From the NCBI GenBank assembly GCA_041742355.1, contig JBGSIV010000268.1:1-20585 (forward strand): 20,585 nt of DNA, read 5' to 3'. The DNA is from Candidatus Zixiibacteriota bacterium (GTDB lineage Bacteria > Zixibacteria > MSB-5A5 > GN15 > FEB-12). Position 1 is the stretch's first letter. Every line of letters begins with the position of its first letter. Below, in pieces: positions 16,587-20,585 of this stretch. The notes under the pieces are model-generated. The model ran no database searches. It had not been told where the DNA came from and was given only the letters and a program-made list of their open reading frames with translations. Both the position numbers and the translations under genes were made by a program.

Positions 16587-18539
16587 TCAATATATCGGGC
16601 ACGCCGGCGGCGTTGCTCCTTCGCGGAACAGGTAGTTGACCAGATACACCAAGTCGGACACCACAACGCTGCCGTCGGCATTGGCGTCTCCCTCCGACGG
16701 ACAGGGCGGCCCACCTGCGCCTTTGAACAGGTAGTTGACGAGGTACGTCAGGTCGGAGACTTTGATATCACCGGTGTGGTCGATATCGCCACGCTTCACG
16801 CAGCAGCAGGCATCCCCTACGCCGTCGCCATTGTTGTCCCATTGGTCGGGATTCGGCACTGTCGGGCAGTTGTCCGCGGAGCAGGTATTGGCGGCATATC
16901 CCGGATTTCCGAATCCATCCTGATCAGTGTCGGTGCAGGCGTCGCACACGTCGCCCATGCCGTCCAGATCCACATCCTCCTGCCCGGGGTTGTAAGCGGT
17001 TGGGCAGTTGTCCGATACGTCCGCGATTCCGTCGTTGTCGGCGTCCGAGTTCCCGGGGTTCTCCACATACGCGTACAGCTTGTCACCCACGATTGAATCG
17101 ACACGAACGACTATCCCGGTAGGCCCCTCATACCCATCGCTCGACGGTGTCGTTGTTGGCGAGAACAGGTTCTGGCCCGGCACGTCGCTGGAAAACAGCG
17201 CTCCTTTGCGCGTCTCATAGGGATACCACCATTGTGCGCTGTCCGTGACATGCCCCTCCGGGTTCATCATCATGTCGTGCGCCGGGTTGTAGCCGGCATC
17301 CACCACTGCGACCGTGTAGTGGGGATACGCCGGCAGTCCGTAGTTGATCCGCCACCAGTAGGCCCCCAGGGAATCATCGACGTGACTGATGAGGAGTCCC
17401 CGGTCGAGCGAGTCGCAACCATAAGCCAGCGTGTAGGGGAAGTAGACGCTGAAATCGGAGTCAACTTTATCAAACTTCCCCGCCGACCGTCGATTCCGAT
17501 ACTCCAAGAGGTAGTACTCCCCCCTCGTTCCGGCGATCGGAATCTTGTACAGCGAGCTGTCTCGATGCATTTCAATATCGTACACGACGATATTTTGGGC
17601 GGTGTTGCCCGGGATCACGATCGGGTCGATCCAGCCAGCCTTCATCTTGTTCCACCCGCACGGATGCGACGGCGGGTTTGACTTGATCGAAAAAATCCCG
17701 TAGCCGGCGTATCCCATGATGCACCAATCAACGAATGGATGGTCGTTGTCGTCGTTGGGGGTGAAGTAGGTTGTCGTGTCCAGCTTCGCGTCGTAGTCAT
17801 ACATATCCGGCAACCCAACGCTGTGGGTCATCTCGTGGCAGAAGACGCGGATGTGGTTGAGGCTGTCGATACCGGAAAAGTTCGGCGGCCAAACCGGGTC
17901 ACGCAGCGGCCGCAGTTCCGGCGATGTGTTCCAGGTGTCGACGTAGACGCCATCGAACGGGCCCGGACCGTTGTGATAACCGAACATATATGCGTAGGAC
18001 CATATGTCCTCCGGACGTCCGGAGTCCTCCTGACCGGTCCCCGAACGGACGAAAACCACCATGTCCGCCGAGCCGTCGTGATTACCGTCAAAGTCGGCGA
18101 AATTGACGTAGGGGTCGATTTCCCAGAGGACGTCCTGGAACCAGAAGTCCGAATAGTAAGAGGCGGGCGATCGGTACTGAAAGACCTGGCCGGCCATGAT
18201 CGCCTGCCCGTATGAGACTTCGGCAAACCAATCGGCCACCGATCCTCCCGGATACACGTTGCGTGAGAAGAGCATGCTGTCAATCGTGGCGGCCGGATAG
18301 GTACTCGGCCGATTGGCCCAGTCGATATAGACCGCCAGTACCTTAATGGTATCGCCGGTGAATCGATAGGCTGCAATCGCAGCCGAGTCTTCCGAGGTTA
18401 AGGCCGATCCCGGGACAGCGCCGAACTGCTTGAGCGCGACATCGGTGGGAATGTCCAGCACAATACCTCGGGTGACATCGGCCCCGGCACTGCCCCCCAC
18501 GAGCATAATCAGCAGGAGCATTGCAACGGTGAGCTTCAT
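16587..18539 (-). CDS. Secreted M6 (immune inhibitor A-like) metalloprotease with TSP type 3 repeats and C-terminal dockerin-like domain, 650 aa
   Basis: Signal peptide; HEMTHSVGLPDMYD (HExxHxxGLPD), Met-turn WCIMGYAG, GWNKMKAGW, EYYLLEYR; DNCPxxxNPxQxDxxxDGxGDxC repeats; duplicated SDLxYLVNYLF; GGAGG RBS. Confidence 0.9.
   Translation of the reverse strand: MKLTVAMLLLIMLVGGSAGADVTRGIVLDIPTDVALKQFGAVPGSALTSEDSAAIAAYRFTGDTIKVLAVYIDWANRPSTYPAATIDSMLFSRNVYPGGSVADWFAEVSYGQAIMAGQVFQYRSPASYYSDFWFQDVLWEIDPYVNFADFDGNHDGSADMVVFVRSGTGQEDSGRPEDIWSYAYMFGYHNGPGPFDGVYVDTWNTSPELRPLRDPVWPPNFSGIDSLNHIRVFCHEMTHSVGLPDMYDYDAKLDTTTYFTPNDDNDHPFVDWCIMGYAGYGIFSIKSNPPSHPCGWNKMKAGWIDPIVIPGNTAQNIVVYDIEMHRDSSLYKIPIAGTRGEYYLLEYRNRRSAGKFDKVDSDFSVYFPYTLAYGCDSLDRGLLISHVDDSLGAYWWRINYGLPAYPHYTVAVVDAGYNPAHDMMMNPEGHVTDSAQWWYPYETRKGALFSSDVPGQNLFSPTTTPSSDGYEGPTGIVVRVDSIVGDKLYAYVENPGNSDADNDGIADVSDNCPTAYNPGQEDVDLDGMGDVCDACTDTDQDGFGNPGYAANTCSADNCPTVPNPDQWDNNGDGVGDACCCVKRGDIDHTGDIKVSDLTYLVNYLFKGAGGPPCPSEGDANADGSVVVSDLVYLVNYLFREGATPPACPIY
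16626..16739. repeat. 15-bp direct repeat from the internal duplication of the dockerin-like domain
   Basis: GAACAGGTAGTTGAC at 16626-16640 and 16725-16739, 99 bp (33 codons) apart. Confidence 0.8.
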
Positions 18540-18678
18540 GGACTACCTCCAGATGAGTGATCCGCACGTACGGGAGCCTGGTGAGTATCGCGTGAAATAT
18601 CACCGACGGGTACAACGTCCGATAGCGCTACCCTTCGCGACCCCGCGGCGCGCGGCAGTAACGGAAATGTATGCACCC

Positions 18679-18707
18679 AATATAGCGAGAGTGGTCGATT
18701 TTATGAA
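18679..18707 (-). promoter_or_regulatory. Sigma70-type promoter for the M6 protease
   Basis: Minus strand TTCATA-N17-TATATT, just downstream of two terminators. Confidence 0.5.
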
Positions 18708-18737
18708 GGAGTTTGTCAGAGAGAATCCGCCGACACG

Positions 18738-18778
18738 AAAAAGGAACAGGGATCGGCGTAGGAGTCGTCCGATCCCTG
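18738..18778 (-). terminator. Rho-independent terminator T2
   Basis: Minus strand CAGGGATCGG-ACGACTCCTACG-CCGATCCCTG followed by TTCCTTTTT. Confidence 0.75.
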
Positions 18779-18800
18779 ACTCTGATGGGTGTATGGTAGC

Positions 18801-18839
18801 AAAAGGGCCACCGACAGTGAGTAGGAAACTGTCGGGCCC
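18801..18839 (-). terminator. Rho-independent terminator T1
   Basis: Minus strand GGGCC-CGACAGT-TTCCTACTC-ACTGTCG-GT-GGCCC followed by TTTT. Confidence 0.65.
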
Positions 18840-19084
18840 AAGTCTCATATCGTAGCGCAAGGCGCCGCGATTGCCCCGAACTATCTCCCCGCTGATAAGG
18901 ACGCAGCCTGTTTCGGACTGAAGCGACCGATGGCGGGACCACTGCTACCCGGTGTCCGTCTGAATCGCTCCACCCACCCTCGGACCTGATTCAACCTCTC
19001 GTTCGAAGTCGAACCCTCTCACTACCGGACTTGCCCGGTTGGGCCGGGATCCAAGTCTGGCGACAAGGACTAATACGTTGACAC
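18801..19084 (-). ncRNA. Candidate structured non-coding RNA of unknown family (about 284 nt to T1, 347 nt to T2)
   Basis: Bounded by a sigma54-type promoter and tandem terminators; serial hairpins; no convincing ORF; no family I recognise. Confidence 0.4.
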
Positions 19085-19094
19085 AAAAATGACA

Positions 19095-19111
19095 TTCAAA
19101 ATATGTGCCAA
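19095..19111 (-). promoter_or_regulatory. Sigma54-type (-24/-12) promoter, variant -12 element
   Basis: Minus strand TTGGCACATATTTTGAA versus consensus YTGGCACGnnnnTTGCW: GG-N10-GA spacing is correct, but C is replaced by A at -12. Predicted +1 is G at 19084. Confidence 0.5.
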
Positions 19112-19148
19112 GTCAGCCCCACTGAGAGACTATTCGTAAGGCCTTTCC

Positions 19149-19161
19149 TATCAGTTGGTTG
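19149..19161. promoter_or_regulatory. IHF-like binding site
   Basis: TATCAGTTGGTTG is an exact match to WATCARnnnnTTR, at -65 to -77 of the predicted sigma54 start; a one-mismatch copy lies at 19210-19222 on the minus strand. Confidence 0.45.
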
Positions 19162-19279
19162 ACTTCGAGGTCAGCGAACTTACCGGCACTGCGCGAGATT
19201 CATGGGTGAAAAGTACCTGATATTGCATCTTTATTAGAGGTAAGAATCACCTTGATCGCGTAAGTCACGTAACGACCAA

Positions 19280-19305
19280 GGGCCGAACTTCTCGGAAGTC
19301 GGCCC
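19280..19305 (-). terminator. Hairpin downstream of the Ig-repeat gene, possible terminator
   Basis: Minus strand GGGCCGA-CTTC-CGA-GAAG-T-TCGGCCC then TTGGT; weak U-tail. Confidence 0.4.
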
Positions 19306-19392
19306 CCGGCAAATAGGTATGACTGCGTAGAGGTACTACCGGAACACACGCCGTTCAAGGCAGTTAGCACCTCCAACCAACCACAGGCTTGG

Positions 19393-20585
19393 CTACGGAC
19401 ATAGAAGCGCACTACCGCCACGGAACAGGAAGTCCACCAGCCTCGTAAGGTCGGCAATCGACAGGCTGTAGTCCCCATTGACATCCGCAGCCGAAGCTAC
19501 GGGCGGTTCGGGACCTCCGCGGAACATGAAGCTCACGAAGAAGGTGAGGTCGCTCACATTGGGCTCCCCACGTGAATTATCCATGTCGCCGCAGAAGTAC
19601 TCCGGTTCGACCACCAGCGAGATCTGCTCCTCGTCAACCGCTCCGATCGCATCCGTAACTCGGACAGTGACAGCCAGCGTACCTGCATTGTACGGGCTGC
19701 CGCTGAGAACGCCGGCCGATGAAAAGGTCATCCCGGTTCCGGCGAGGCTGCCGACAAGCGCCCAAGTCCGTGCTCCGGTTCCACCCGATACGGCCAGCGT
19801 ATGCGAATAGGGCTGCAGTTTCGTGGCTTTGGGCAGAGGTGATGTCCCGATAGTCAGGGCCGGATTGACCGTCAGTGCAAACACGCGTTCGATGGTGCTG
19901 TCGGCCGCATCGGTACAGGCGGCTGTGAATGAAGTAGAACCGGCCGTCGGCACTCCGCCAAGCAACCCGTCTGCGCTCAGGGTCAGGCCCGTCCCGGTCA
20001 GATCGCCATATTTGTCGGTCCAGTTGTAAGACCCAACACCGCCGCCCGCCTCCAATTGCACCGAATAGGCCCAACCGGCCGTCCACTCGGGAAGGTTATC
20101 GGTGATGATCACAAAGTAATCCGGCGCGCAGGTGAGCAGAGTCACCGCGAACGCGTCAATCCCGGCCTCGACGACCGAACCATTGATCAGGTCCGAAACG
20201 TCGAACCGCATCTTCATTTGCGCTGTCGGAGTGACGAAATCCCCGACCACGAATGAGTGGACATACCAGCCGCCCGAGGCCTCGGGACCCGAGGGTCCGA
20301 CCCGCTCGACCCGGGTCCACGTAGATCCGTTGTTATTGGAAATGAAGATGTCCATGTAGTCTTCGTATGGGCTGCTTCCGAAGTCATTAGAATACCAGCG
20401 GGCATAGCTGATCAGGGCGTCGGTGCCGCCGGTAGCGTCGAACACCGGGGTGGTGAGCGAGACTGTGCCGTTATCGACATCCGAGTCACCGTCGGTATTG
20501 GCGGTCAGGAAGCACTGCCCGGAGCCATCGAAATCGGTCGGAGGATCTCCTCGATCCCCGCCGCCCACCGGGGTGCCGCGGGTCC
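19393..20585 (-). CDS. C-terminal part of a large extracellular protein: beta-sandwich domain, two putative Ig (He_PIG-like) repeats, dockerin-like domain (5'-truncated)
   Basis: Frame is open to the window edge (TRGTPVGGGD...), so the GTG at 20568 is probably internal. YSVQLEAGGG...GLTLSADGLLGGVP and YSHTLAVSGG...GMTFSSAGVLSGSP repeats; C-terminal CGDMDN...VSDLT...DVNGD...IADLT...CP. Confidence 0.85.
   Translation of the reverse strand, partial: TRGTPVGGGDRGDPPTDFDGSGQCFLTANTDGDSDVDNGTVSLTTPVFDATGGTDALISYARWYSNDFGSSPYEDYMDIFISNNNGSTWTRVERVGPSGPEASGGWYVHSFVVGDFVTPTAQMKMRFDVSDLINGSVVEAGIDAFAVTLLTCAPDYFVIITDNLPEWTAGWAYSVQLEAGGGVGSYNWTDKYGDLTGTGLTLSADGLLGGVPTAGSTSFTAACTDAADSTIERVFALTVNPALTIGTSPLPKATKLQPYSHTLAVSGGTGARTWALVGSLAGTGMTFSSAGVLSGSPYNAGTLAVTVRVTDAIGAVDEEQISLVVEPEYFCGDMDNSRGEPNVSDLTFFVSFMFRGGPEPPVASAADVNGDYSLSIADLTRLVDFLFRGGSALLCP

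Noticed and set aside
18890..18965. CTGATAAGGAC...GTCC on the plus strand resembles a hammerhead ribozyme core
   Set aside because: Core is not CUGANGA and no GAAA follows the putative stem II.
18961..18993. TCAGGTCCG resembles SRP RNA domain IV
   Set aside because: Lacks the GNRA tetraloop and the AGCAG strand of the symmetric loop.
19100..19120. GGGGCTGA on the minus strand resembles the 5' end of tmRNA
   Set aside because: No GGATTCGAC follows, and there is no T-arm/acceptor 3' end about 350 nt downstream.
1..20585. CRISPR array, IS element, integrase, prophage or defence genes
   Set aside because: No regularly spaced repeats, terminal inverted repeats or matching protein motifs seen; the repeats found are explained by protein domain duplications.

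Overview
GC-rich bacterial chromosomal window with no mobile element, CRISPR array, rRNA or tRNA that I can support. Left part: a 3'-truncated DUF4397 lipoprotein (missing from the ORF track), a type III polyketide synthase, a redox cluster (DoxX, BrxA/BrxB bacilliredoxin, Mn-type superoxide dismutase), a cupin, a HAD hydrolase and a very basic 130-aa Myb/SANT-like HTH protein. Middle: AI-2E transporter, secreted M14 zinc carboxypeptidase and an extended SDR epimerase. Right part, all on the minus strand: a GldA-like/GldF-GldG fusion/DUF4340 ABC operon and two secreted proteins ending in the same Cys-flanked dockerin-like domain (an M6 metalloprotease and a 5'-truncated Ig-repeat protein). That domain style suggests candidate phylum Zixibacteria (inference). 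The strongest unexplained signals are (1) an 850-bp intergenic region with an IHF-like site, a sigma54-type promoter, about 280-350 nt of hairpins and two terminators, a candidate undescribed ncRNA, and (2) the protamine/H1-like tailed HTH protein, a candidate nucleoid protein. All family calls come from motif recognition by eye; no searches were run.
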